This document shows positions 1-12,407 of a stretch of 64,000 nucleotides of DNA, in pieces. Below the pieces are notes generated by a model, which saw nothing but the letters and a program-made list of their open reading frames with translations, was not told where the DNA came from and ran no database searches. The DNA lies in the NCBI GenBank assembly GCA_964016885.1, contig OZ024748.1:56234001-56298000 (forward strand), in the 5' to 3' direction. This stretch comes from Eledone cirrhosa (lineage: Eukaryota). Position 1 is the stretch's first letter. Each line of letters starts with the position of its first letter. A program made the position numbers and the translations under genes.

Positions 1-9
1 ATGCATAGT

Positions 10-97
<88 letters not shown>

Positions 98-100
<3 letters not shown>

Positions 101-218
101 ATAATAATACAATTGAAGACTAAAATCCAAAGAGGGCTCGATAAGGAAAATATATATCAAATATATAAGAAAGGGTGAAAGCAGCGATTCTTTACTTAAA
201 CTTTAATCTGTTATTTTA

Positions 219-224
<6 letters not shown>
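98..224. mobile_element. PLE-like terminal-repeat family A, mini inverted insertion in (TA)n
   Basis: The antisense 3' terminus (gtaataataat..gaagactaaaatccaaagagggctcgataagg..) is joined to a sense segment (aagggtgaaagcagcgattc..ctgttattttaataaat). Both parts match the contiguous copy at 59530-59688. (TA)n on both sides. Confidence 0.75.
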
Positions 225-292
<68 letters not shown>

Positions 293-296
293 ATAA

Positions 297-330
<34 letters not shown>

Positions 331-331
<1 letters not shown>

Positions 332-427
332 ATAATAATAAACATTTGAAGACTAAAATCCAAAGAGGTCTCGATAAGGATAAATATATATCGAATATAT
401 AAGAACCGTAGAGCAAATAATCTGTTA

Positions 428-434
<7 letters not shown>
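331..434. mobile_element. Family A mini inverted insertion
   Basis: Antisense terminus through accgtagagcaaata, then sense atctgttattttaat. Flanked by (TA)n. Confidence 0.7.
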
Positions 435-475
<41 letters not shown>

Positions 476-612
476 CGCCACCATGTTTTGTACGCAATTA
501 ATGGCGTGTGGTCGTCAGACAACACATGTGACCCTCGGTTTGAGATACCTGGTCTAAAAGCCATATCATTTGTACTGCCCCTCTGTTTTTTGTTCTCTGT
601 TCATTTATTCAA

Positions 613-648
613 CTATATATATATATATAATATATATATATATACATG

Positions 649-699
<51 letters not shown>

Positions 700-921
700 A
701 CACATATATATATCTATATATAGATATATAATATATATATATATAACATATATATATATATATACATATATACATATATATATATAACATATATATACTT
801 ATATAATATATATATATATACATATATAATGTGTGTATATATATATATATACATATATATATAACACATATATATCTATATATAGATATATAATATATAT
901 ATATATAACATATATTTATAT

Positions 922-952
<31 letters not shown>

Positions 953-1066
953 TAACATATATATATGTATATGCTTATATAATATATATATATATATACA
1001 TATATGATGTACATATATAAATATATATATATATATATATACTTATATAATATATATATAGAGATA

Positions 1067-1135
<69 letters not shown>

Positions 1136-1249
1136 CATATATATTTATATATATATATATATACATATATATACATATATATACATATATATTTATATAT
1201 ATATATACATATATATATATATTTATGTTATATATATATATATATATAT

Positions 1250-1324
<75 letters not shown>

Positions 1325-1327
1325 TAT
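613..1327. repeat. Compound (TA)n microsatellite array
   Basis: Near-continuous TA dinucleotide with internally duplicated interruptions. Confidence 0.95.
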
Positions 1328-1509
1328 GTGTGTGTGTGAATGGTCAGATAGATAGGTTGCAATATAAATATATATTTCGCAAAAGACAAGGAGCTTCAAA
1401 TGTGTGCGACACATACACAAAATCACTCACTCTCATATATAGACATACACAAGACACGTATACACACACACATTTATATGTATATTTAAATGTGTGCGTA
1501 TACGTGTGC

Positions 1510-1548
<39 letters not shown>

Positions 1549-1742
1549 ACGCACACTCGCATGCTTTCTTTCCAAGTCCCTCCTCTTATTCTATTTCATG
1601 CTTTACCTATTTTTCTTCGAATAGAAATAATTTTAATTAACTTGAAGTCCATAGTACCTATATATCTATCAATCTATGTATCTCTCTATATACCTAATTA
1701 GCTATCTAACTTTATATATCTCTATATATCTATCTATCTCTA

Positions 1743-1774
<32 letters not shown>

Positions 1775-2268
1775 AAAAACGAAGGAGAGGCGGTTTTCCT
1801 TTGTGTGATAGCTATGGCGAAAGAGGTTGTATGGTGGACAAGGTTGAAAGGGCTGAGGTCAGACACCTTTCTCTCCGGCCAACAACTGATTCTTTTTTTC
1901 AAATACCACTTTGGAAGAAGAATCAGGATGGAGAGAGAGGTGCTGTACCCCAGCAAGTTTTATGAAAGGTGGGTGAAAGTGGCGAGAATGGCCCGAGTGA
2001 ATGGGCCTTCTCTCTATATCAGCCTGTAGGTTGAGGAAAAGGAGGAGGAGAGGAAAGGAGTACAAGCTCTTCGTACTCCTGGAGATGAGGGTTGCACATT
2101 TTTTTCGGGGGTCTGTGTTACCCATATAAACTGTCTCCCTCTATTGGGGAAAATCGACTAACTTTTAAATTCCATCTGTGATAACATTTTACACGTTTTT
2201 ATTGTATGTAAACTTCCCCCTTTGTATTTGTCCCCTTCTTTTGTGCCCCTGTGGCTAATAAAGAAATA

Positions 2269-2270
<2 letters not shown>
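1775..2270 (+). mobile_element. 5'-truncated Tx1/L1-like non-LTR retrotransposon (ORF2 C-terminus plus 3' UTR) in (TCTA)n
   Basis: Reads KNEGEAVFLCVIAMAKEVVWWTRLKG..FFKYHFGRRIRMERE..FYERW..* (stop at 2029). This resembles the AKxxIWxxR...FxxxW C-terminus of Tx1-clade ORF2. The 3' UTR ends gtggctaataaagaaatata. (TCTA)n on both sides. Confidence 0.7.
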
Positions 2271-2318
<48 letters not shown>

Positions 2319-2339
2319 CTTATCTATCTCTCTATCTAT

Positions 2340-2492
2340 TTACCCATATAAACTGTCTCCCCCTATTGGGGAAAATCGACTAATTTTTAAGTTGCATTTG
2401 TGATAACATTTTACACGTTTTTATTGTATGTAAACTTCCCCCTTTGTATTTGTCACCTTCATTTGTACCCATGTGGCTAATAAAGAAACATA
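2340..2492 (+). mobile_element. Second 3'-UTR copy of the same Tx1-like LINE
   Basis: Near-duplicate of about 2118-2270 (tacccatataaactgtctccc..gtggctaataaagaaac), separated from it and followed by (TCTA)n. Confidence 0.75.
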
Positions 2493-2562
2493 TCTATCTA
2501 TCTATTTACCCACCTCTCGTATCTCTCCATCTATTCTCCTATGGTTTTGTGTCTGTGTCTCC

Positions 2563-2628
<66 letters not shown>

Positions 2629-2648
2629 GTATATAGATATATTTATCC

Positions 2649-2687
<39 letters not shown>

Positions 2688-2795
2688 TCATGGTTATTTC
2701 TAATTTTCTGTTCCTCAATACCTCTCTTTAACTTTCACGTTCTCTAGGTTTGATAGACAGACAGATAGATAACTTTAAACTTTATGTAGACGGCA

Positions 2796-2863
<68 letters not shown>

Positions 2864-3261
2864 TGTTAATAAACTTACTTGTTCCTTAGTGTAAATATAT
2901 GTGTCTTTGCTTATGTATTTGTATGTGTGTGTATGCTTATAAGCATTTGTGTGCTTGTTTGCGTTTTATACATATGTCAGAAAGTAGATGGTCTGTTGAG
3001 AACGAGGCCATGACAGGATCAAAATGGAGAAATATGCTGGAGGGGTAAGAGTAGATATAGAATGGCATATAAGAATTACATCGCCATAGACATACACTCA
3101 GTCTTTCACTCTCACACACTCACACATATATGAATGGAGATTAGTAAAAGAAAGTAGAGAAATAGTGATTATAATAAAAAAAACTAGATTAACAATAGTA
3201 ATAATATAAATAGTAATAATAATAGTAATAAAACTTATCCCTGCATCGTCGTCTTATCGCC

Positions 3262-3262
<1 letters not shown>

Positions 3263-3333
<71 letters not shown>

Positions 3334-3458
3334 TTAATAATAATAATGGATGTACTTATAATGTTGTTACTGCTGATGATGGTAATGTTGCTTGTGGTGA
3401 TGATAAAACTACGAAGGTGTAGAAGATGGTGATAACATTAAAGATAAACGATGAATAA

Positions 3459-3505
<47 letters not shown>

Positions 3506-3625
3506 AGAAGAAGAAGAAGAAGAAGAAGAAGAAGAAGAAGAAGAAGAAGAAGAAGAAGAACGACAACAACAACAACAATAACAACAACAACAACAACAAA
3601 AACAACAACAACAACGACAACAACC
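3263..3625. repeat. (AAT)n, (AAG)n and (AAC)n trinucleotide microsatellites
   Basis: Direct reading; source of the poly-K/N/S/L ORFs. Confidence 0.95.
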
Positions 3626-3729
3626 ACATCGAAAAAAGAAAAGAACATCAAAAACGACATCAACTGCAAGAACAGGAAATAAAGTAATAAGCAATAAGAA
3701 TATGATGCATAGGTGTGTACTTATATATA

Positions 3730-3802
<73 letters not shown>

Positions 3803-3828
3803 GTATATATATATATATATAAATAAGA

Positions 3829-3874
<46 letters not shown>

Positions 3875-3897
3875 GTATATATATATATATAAATAAG

Positions 3898-3948
<51 letters not shown>

Positions 3949-3960
3949 ATAAGTATATAT

Positions 3961-4056
<96 letters not shown>

Positions 4057-4099
4057 TTATATATAAGTTCATATACATATGTATATATATATATATATA

Positions 4100-4144
<45 letters not shown>

Positions 4145-4189
4145 ATATATATAAATAAGTACATATATATATACATAAATAAATAAGTT

Positions 4190-4312
<123 letters not shown>

Positions 4313-4801
4313 TGGGAGAGATACAGTACACAATAAAGATATACAGAAAATGTGGGTAAATGGGCTAGGTTTGGTTCTGTGTGGGGAAAATATATAGTGG
4401 CAGGGAATTGGACTTAATTCTAGAAATGGAAGAATCTGCGTTAAGACCGAACAAGAAGAATATTGCTTTGGACTCAATGAACTGTGACAAAAGAAACTGT
4501 CTATGACAAATAAATGGATTGGCAAAAGTTACGTTGGATGTAGTATAATATTGGAGTTATAGCTATCGTTTGTGTGTGCTTCTCTGTGTGTGACTGTGTC
4601 TTTGTGTTATGTCTTTGAGTATGTGTGTTTTTGTGTATGTGTCTGTGTAGATTGAACGGATGTATGGATATGTATATACATGTATGTAGATGTTTGTATG
4701 TGCGTCTGTGTGTGTAACAGAAGCTGAATTCTTCATATATGCCAGTTGAATAGAGAGAAGTATGTATGTAAATATAAATATTATGTATTCTGTATGAATA
4801 A

Positions 4802-4849
<48 letters not shown>

Positions 4850-4866
4850 TTATTTGTTTCTCTCTT

Positions 4867-4950
<84 letters not shown>

Positions 4951-4954
<4 letters not shown>

Positions 4955-5123
4955 AACGAGTAGGACACCGACGGCTGATTTTTAGTCCAGAATTAACCGT
5001 CGAAACGGCTTGAGCTCAGCCGTCGGGTTCCTACTCGTTCCTATCACCCACTCTACTACCCTAAGTATTGAGTACTCTGGTGCGTTATGGTACATCTGGT
5101 TCCTTACCACATTTCCTTCGTTG
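4951..5123 (+). mobile_element. Fold-back element family D (PLE-like) with the 3' half of an HHR
   Basis: Arms taggaacgagtagga..cgacggctga / tcagccgtcg..tcctactcgttccta plus an unpaired tail of about 80 nt. GAAA-CGGC-ttgagctca-GCCG-TC at 5002-5024. (TA)n flanks. Homologous to 35439 and 40746. Confidence 0.75.
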
Positions 5124-5127
5124 TATA

Positions 5128-5193
<66 letters not shown>

Positions 5194-5485
5194 GTGTGTG
5201 TGTGTATGTGCCTCATTGTACACTGGTGCATATATGCTTACATAGATGAGTGTATGTGTGTCTAAGTAAACTCATTATATGTATGTCTCTGAAATATCTG
5301 TGACGTGATGCATGCTTTTCTACTTATATACAAAGTGTAAAATGGATGTGTTTTGGGGTAACTCATCTGACCTTGTTATTTTAAATGCATGTACATATGT
5401 TAATGTATGTGTTCGTGAACACGTCAGGGTGAATGTCTATTCAGTTAACCGTAACGATGTAATCATCAACTCCATATATATTTAT

Positions 5486-5567
<82 letters not shown>

Positions 5568-5633
5568 CATACATTCAGGCATGCATACATATCTTTGTCT
5601 ATACGAATGTACATACATAGATTAATACGTATA

Positions 5634-5681
<48 letters not shown>

Positions 5682-5792
5682 CGTAATAATCTATGTTAAT
5701 CTCTCTCTCTCTATATATATATATACATATATATATTAATATATTAATATATATATATATATATATTAATATTTCTCTCTCTCTGACTCTTC

Positions 5793-5850
<58 letters not shown>

Positions 5851-5940
5851 AATAGTGTGTATATATATGTATGTTTGTGTATGTTTGTAGAAATGCATAT
5901 CATTTGAAAGATAAGGAAACATACACACATATATATGTAT

Positions 5941-6038
<98 letters not shown>

Positions 6039-6364
6039 TTATATACAATTTTATATAGGTACGTGTGTTTGTGTGTTTGCGTGTTTGTGTGTTTGTATGT
6101 ACGTGTATGCGTGTGTGGGTGAAGTAGATGAATTGATACAAAATGAATAGATACATAAATGGCGCACACTTTTATAGAAAGAGTTATATACATATAACAT
6201 CTATTTAATATAAAACTATCTTTATGTATATAAATGTGTACGCGTCTGTTACACACATGTACACACATGCATGCATACAAAAACACGCACACACAGACAT
6301 AAACACATATATATATATATATGAATATGTATGTGTGAGTTTATATATACATATACATATATAT

Positions 6365-6409
<45 letters not shown>

Positions 6410-6428
6410 TGTGTGTGTGTGTGTTTGG

Positions 6429-6543
<115 letters not shown>

Positions 6544-6888
6544 CAGCGACTTCACGGTTGGTTATACTACTAAATATATATATTCTGACAAGCACTTACA
6601 CAAAATGGCTGTAGTAATGCAAACGTGATTTTTGTCCAATATTTTTTCCTCCTTTCCTCTCTCTCCTATATCTTTCTATTACTACCTTTTATTCGCATTC
6701 TATCTTCTGATGAAGTAGTAGCGTCCGAAACACTAAGCGTTAAACTATCATATATCTTCATTTTACTGAATCGCAGTGTTATTTCTCGCCGCCATTTCGC
6801 ATACACACATAATGTATACACACACAATGCATTCACACACAAAAACAGACGTGATCTATTATCCTATTATCACATCTCTCCCTCTCTC

Positions 6889-6926
<38 letters not shown>

Positions 6927-7695
6927 CACAAGAAACAAAGCTATGTTCAAATCTTTTTATTGCTGACAATCGTTTCTTCCAAACTATCGTTTGGTATCAT
7001 CGGAGCATTAGCAATGTTTGTACATATAATTAACCTCTTATTCAACTGAACAATCATATAGATACATGGATATTAATGTTGCCACAACAGTTTCGTATTT
7101 ACAGAGTGGAATGGATGCGACATAGATTTCAAGAGAATTGTACAATAATTAAAATTAAAAATTAAAAATTAAAAGTTAAAAAGGCACAGAGTGGAATGCG
7201 TGCGACAGAGATTAGTGTAACAATTAGAGACATTAAGGCAGAAAGTTACTCGTGAAACGAGGAGACTATCAGAGTACATATGCAAGGGTATAGAGAGTGC
7301 AAATGCAATAGGCATGTACAGGAAGGAAACAAGCAATGGTGCTAGGCATATATAATTTCTGCGAGGTATCACATAAAACAACATATGTTTACAAGCAGGC
7401 AAAGCTGTTTTCGTATTCAAATTATTAGTTTATGGTGGATGTAGTGTGATAATTATTTCTGTAATGTTCAGACGTGTATATGCTGAGAGTATCAATGTTA
7501 TTCCTATTTTTCCCATCACATTGGCTATGTTTTATTATATTTTAGTGAATGTTTATATTGCGGCTCTGTAAATCATCTCATGTATTTACATTGAACTATT
7601 TTTCTTACTGATAATAAGGTAGTAATAAATGACTGAGCTTTCCTGTTTATAGTTGTATATAGTGTATACATAACTATACATAATATATATATATA

Positions 7696-8511
7696 GTAAT
7701 AATAATAAATTTGAAGACTAAAATCCAAAGAGGGCTCGATAAGGATAAAAATATATCAAATATATAAGAACCGTAGAGCAAATATTTATTAAAATAACAG
7801 ATTAAAGTTTAAGCAAAGAATCGTTGCTTTCACCCTTAACGGGATCTTCTGAAACTAACAAAGTCAATCTGTAAACGCAGAAGTGGATATTTCAAAAAAC
7901 GTTGCAACCGGAGGAAGACAGGAAGACGATACTTTGGTTGGTGGAAACGTTCCCTGGCAAAGAACGGGAAAAGAAGAATATAATACGTCATTAATAGGAG
8001 CGGTGAAAAACAATTCCACGCAAAGACAGGACCACGTTTATGGTATAAAAGAAGTCGTAGACTAATGTTCTCTTAGGTGTTTCATAGAGACGTTCTCTAG
8101 CAATGAACGGAAAAAACGAATATAATACGTCATATGTGGAGCGTGGAGAACAATTGCACGCAAAGACAAAACCACGTAAATGGTATAGCTGAAGTCGTAG
8201 ACTAAAATTCTAACTAGGAAACCGAATGATTCTCCGCTTCAGAGTTAAGAATAAAGTAAATAAAATACAATACAGAGGTAATTGAAATGAAATAAATACA
8301 TACACGCGTCCAAATACGTACATACACAAGCATACGCGAAAACATTTTGTCAGGGAACGTTGCCACGAACCAAAGTATCGTCTTCCTGTCTTCCTCCGGT
8401 TTTTAAAATAACCACTTCTGCGTTTACAGATTGACTTTGCTAGTTTCAGAAGATCCCGTTTAAGGGTGAAAGCAGCGATTCTTTGCTTAAACTTTAATCT
8501 GTTATTTTAAT
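7696..8511. mobile_element. Family A long fold-back insertion (arms about 7789-7962 and 8346-8511) with an internal ~140-bp tandem duplication
   Basis: attaaaataacagatt..ggaaacgttccctggcaaa is mirrored by tttgtcagggaacgttgcc..aatctgttattttaat. Two diverged internal units (..aatacgtca..ggagcg..cacgcaaagaca..gaagtcgtagacta) at about 7960-8080 and 8100-8220. Confidence 0.8.
8426..8502 (+). ncRNA. Type I hammerhead ribozyme-like motif with variant core (family A)
   Basis: Helix I agttt(8442-46)/aaact(8489-93), extended by acagattga/ttaatctgt across a bulge. Core CAGAAGA(8447-53). Helix II ccc/ggg. GAAA(8468-71). Helix III gca/tgc. CUU triplet. Confidence 0.6.
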
Positions 8512-8527
8512 ATATATATATATATAT

Positions 8528-8627
8528 ATTAAAATAACAGATTAAAGTTTAAGCAAAGAATCGCTGCTTTCACCCTTAACGGGATCTTCTGGATTTTAGT
8601 ATTCAAATTTATTATTATTATTATTAC
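8528..8627. mobile_element. Family A mini inverted insertion
   Basis: Antisense HHR segment joined to the sense terminus ggattttagtattcaaatttattattatt..ac. Confidence 0.7.
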
Positions 8628-8630
8628 TAT

Positions 8631-8812
8631 TGGATGGCAGTATCGGTAGAGGGTCTGACGCCATGCTTTGCAGCAAATAGTTATGACCCTTGCCATTCTG
8701 AGTTCAAATCCCGCCGAGGTTAACTTTGCCTTTCATCCTTACGGGGTCGATAAAATAAGTACCAGTAATACACTGGGATAATTGCTGACCTTGTACCAAA
8801 AGTAGAAACAAT
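8631..8812 (+). mobile_element. tRNA-derived SINE
   Basis: A-box-like TGGCAGTATCGG and B-box GAGTTCAAATCC. Conserved body ccgaggttaactttgcctttcatccttacggggtcgataaaat. Apparent TSD attattattactat. Confidence 0.9.
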
Positions 8813-10148
8813 TATTATTACTATATCTATATATGCACATAACTGTATATATTTAAGTTTTATAATCCTATTATAAAAGAGATACACGTATATGTTCAAA
8901 TTTGCTTGTATCGTAGTGCATTAAATGTAGTTGTCTAAACACATATACCCAAGCTAAAAGTGTTTGAGTGCAATATACTATCTATAAATTGGGCTAACTG
9001 ATTAAAAGCGGGAGTAGGCATGTTTATGGCGTGTTTTGATGTTGACCATTGTCTAGTGTGAAAATTCTTGTAGATAGAAACATATCGCATGAGGGTCAGC
9101 TTTAGAGCCGACCTTCATACGATATGGAATGAACAAATAAGGCATTTTTAGGCATAATCTGTGGAAAGAAACAATGCAGTGATTAATAAGAAAAGTTGAA
9201 ATTAATTCATGCAAGATTTCACAGCCCTAGCATATTTCCTTCATTGCCAGCCTCCTATATACGTATTTTTATTTAATTTTACGTAGCTGTTCGACAAATG
9301 TATCGATAAAATATGTGCCAATTTAGAATAAAACCTAGAAAAGTACTGGGACCTATGTGATTGACTTAGCCACTTGAAGGTGGTGTTTCATAATGTTAGT
9401 TGTGTCATTATTGGAACGAGTGAAAGTATTAAATATTTCAGTCTTTAAAAAGAGATTATGCAAGCATTCAGTTGATTATGTGTAAATGTCAAGAAATGAG
9501 GAAAGGAAAATGACAATCTTAAAGGCGTGTATATGGGTGGAGCAAAATCAAACAGCGATGAAGAAATCTTTTCTACAGGAATATTGAATTTCACATGGAA
9601 TAAATGTTGGCACAATATTTGTAAAATGAAAATGAATTTAATTGGTTGTAAAATGGGAGTTGCTTTTATATGTTGATAGAAATTCATTACTGTAAATGCA
9701 CGGAATAAAATGGATATAATATGAGTTGATTCGAAGCACTCCTACGATAGTCCTTTCTCATAAATAATTTAAAACTATTCATATACATTTTACAAATATA
9801 GAAGGCGATGTTCTAGAATGCAGAAAAAAGTAACGATATATTAATATGCAGTATAGGCAATTATTTACAAGCATGAAATGGATATACAAAATATGTACGG
9901 AATTATATACTTTATCTCTATTTAAATTATATGAAGTTCTCTTGCACAATTCATATGACTGTCACACGGTTACGTAATAATTACGATGAGTAGACGGACA
10001 TGATGTTGTAAAGAAAACTTTATTAGGTGAAAACAAGAAGTTAGCGATTTTTTACCCTGGAAAAGAGAGCAATGTGAAATATAAATTCATCAGTTTTTTA
10101 AAAAAAGCATACATACGCACACACATACACACATATATAAGTGCGTGC

Positions 10149-10199
<51 letters not shown>

Positions 10200-10205
<6 letters not shown>

Positions 10206-10601
10206 TGGAAGCTTAGTAAAATCGAAGCGTTGGCTGTGGCCAGGCAAAGTCGACCTACAATAAGGAATGAGTAGCAAATCACTCAATAAGGGTAGGTCCT
10301 CAGGGTAATAACATACGTTTAAATAGCTTGACATTTTGAAAATTGCTGTAGGCAAAAACAAACCATACTATATACCAAAGTAATGAAAGAACTAATCGAT
10401 CATGGAATACCACACGCTTACGTGTTACGTAAGTTGGATAGATGATTTCGGATTCACAGAAACATATCGGACGTATTGCAGAATATCGTCCAATCTGTCC
10501 AGGTCTGTTTTTTAATCTGATTAGTTCTTTCGTTACTTTGGTATTGTATGGTTGGGTTTTGCCTAGCACAATTTTCAATTTGTCAAGTTATTTAAACGTA
10601 T
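10200..10601. mobile_element. Diverged asymmetric fold-back element (arms about 10313-10397 and 10519-10601)
   Basis: atacgtttaaatagcttgac..accaaagtaatgaaagaactaatc versus gattagttctttcgttactttggt..gtcaagttatttaaacgtat. (TA)n flanks. Confidence 0.65.
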
Positions 10602-10687
10602 ATATATATAAATGAAAAGTATAGAAATTATTGTAGCAAGAAACCAACAGTATTCCATAATGTATATATATATATATATATATGAAG

Positions 10688-11733
10688 TATATGAAGTATA
10701 AGAATCAAAGAACTGTTCAAAACATTATTGTGCTTACAGCTGTTTCCTCCAAACCGAGGTTTGGATTCTTCGGAGCAATTTATTAATGCATGGACAGTTA
10801 TATGACCTCCTTTTCAGCCGAGAGACATACCAATACATATTCAAACATTGATACATATTCAAACATTGTGGGTCAACATTCATTACAGAATTTAGAGTGG
10901 CAGTACACACTTCGAGATTACATTTATATTAATAGGTACAATCAAAAATCAAAGATATAGGTTAAATGTGAAAGGCATATAATCGAAATATACACTCCCT
11001 TGACCATGAAAATGCCGAAGTACATGAATTACTTGACATCCCTGCGCTGTGCATCTCCAATACTTATAACACTTTTAATGCTTGCACTATCTTTAATGCT
11101 TATAATATTTCTCCACACACAGACTATATCAATCATATAAAGACTTTGCCACCAGATCTACCAACCTAACACTCTTATTTACCTACCTAAGTGCCTCTAC
11201 CACACATATCTCTCTGCCACACTATATAAACAAGACGCACATGCGTGCCACACATATAACATTTGCACTATATAACCACTTATCTTCATGTTGTACTTTA
11301 ACCTATATCTTTGATTTTTGATTGTACCTATTAATATAAATGTAATCTCGAAGTGTGTACTGCCACTCTAAATTCTGTAATGAATGTTGACCCACAATGT
11401 TTGAATATGTATCAATGTTTGAATATGTATTGGTATGTCTCTCGGCTGAAAAGGAGGTCATATAACTGTCCATGCATTAATAAATTGCTCCGAAGAATCC
11501 AAACCTCGGTTTGGAGGAAACAGCTGTAAGCACAATAATGTTTTGAACAGTTCTTTGATTCTTATACTTCATATAACTGCTCTGTAAATCATCTGATGTT
11601 TTTACATTGAGCTACTTAACTTACTGGTAATAAGGTAGTAATACATTACTGCCTACCACTATTTAGGGTGTATGTAAAATACTTACAACTGCTTAAGGTT
11701 TTGTGTTTACATAACCATAAATAGTATAACTAA

Positions 11734-11737
<4 letters not shown>
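10688..11737 (+). mobile_element. Young PLE-like insertion (family B) with 279-bp inverted arms (10688-10966 and 11297-11575) and a ~160-nt unpaired tail
   Basis: The arms appear identical by eye and each contains an HHR motif. The spacer begins CERHIIEIYTP, weakly like a GIY-YIG C-terminus. The tail is also seen, diverged, at about 7563-7680. Ends in (TA)n. Confidence 0.8.
11486..11532 (+). ncRNA. Minimal type I HHR (family B); mirror copy at 10731-10777 on the minus strand
   Basis: tgct-CCGAAGA-a-tccaaacc-tc-ggtttgga-g-GAAA-C-AGCT-G-TA-agca. Palindromic loop III, GUA triplet, U4C core variant. Confidence 0.65.
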
Positions 11738-11783
<46 letters not shown>

Positions 11784-12039
11784 TGTATATATAAAGGCTA
11801 ACGATCCCGTAGCTCCATATGGAGTAGTCCTGGTCTGAACACAACCGATTTGTTTCTATGGAGGTAGAATTGACCCCAGTACAGGACTGCTCGTCATTTT
11901 ATTAAAAATAACTTGAAGCAACTTCTCTGGTTATCAATTGATTTAAATATATATATATAAGCAAAAGGGATATTCAATTTGTTGGTAATTCAACAAATAT
12001 AAATGTTTATAACTGATTCAAAGCACTCGGCAGGTTTCT

Positions 12040-12222
12040 GGAGTTGGCAGTATCGGTAGATGGTCGGACGCTATGCTTTGACGTATAGAGTTACGGCCCT
12101 TGCCATTCTGAGTTCAAATCCCGCCGAGGTTAACTTTGCCTTTCATCTTACGGGGTCGGTAAAATAAAGTACCAGTAATACACTGGATAATTGCGGGCCT
12201 TGTGCCTAATGTAGAAAGAATT
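12040..12222 (+). mobile_element. tRNA-derived SINE
   Basis: Same A/B boxes and body as the 8631 copy. Confidence 0.9.
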
Positions 12223-12407
12223 AAATAAATGGAAACTATATTTATAAAACCATATTTATTCTATTATATATATTTCAAGGGTACCAAAACTTTGGTACGT
12301 TCTCATCAGATAAAATGTAAAGTTTGTTTTATAAATATTGATATAACCAGAAAAAAATACCTTAGCGGTTCAACTTTTTCAAGATATATATATATATATA
12401 TATATTG

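Noticed and set aside
6707-6745. CTGATGA..GAAAC motif
   Set aside because: Helices I and II do not pair convincingly; at best a heavily decayed HHR.
7883-8065. Repeated 60-aa ORF (also 24671-24865)
   Set aside because: Lies on the antisense strand of repeat family A; the similarity reflects repeat copies.
8631-8715. tRNA gene (A and B boxes)
   Set aside because: No cloverleaf; it is the head of a multi-copy SINE.
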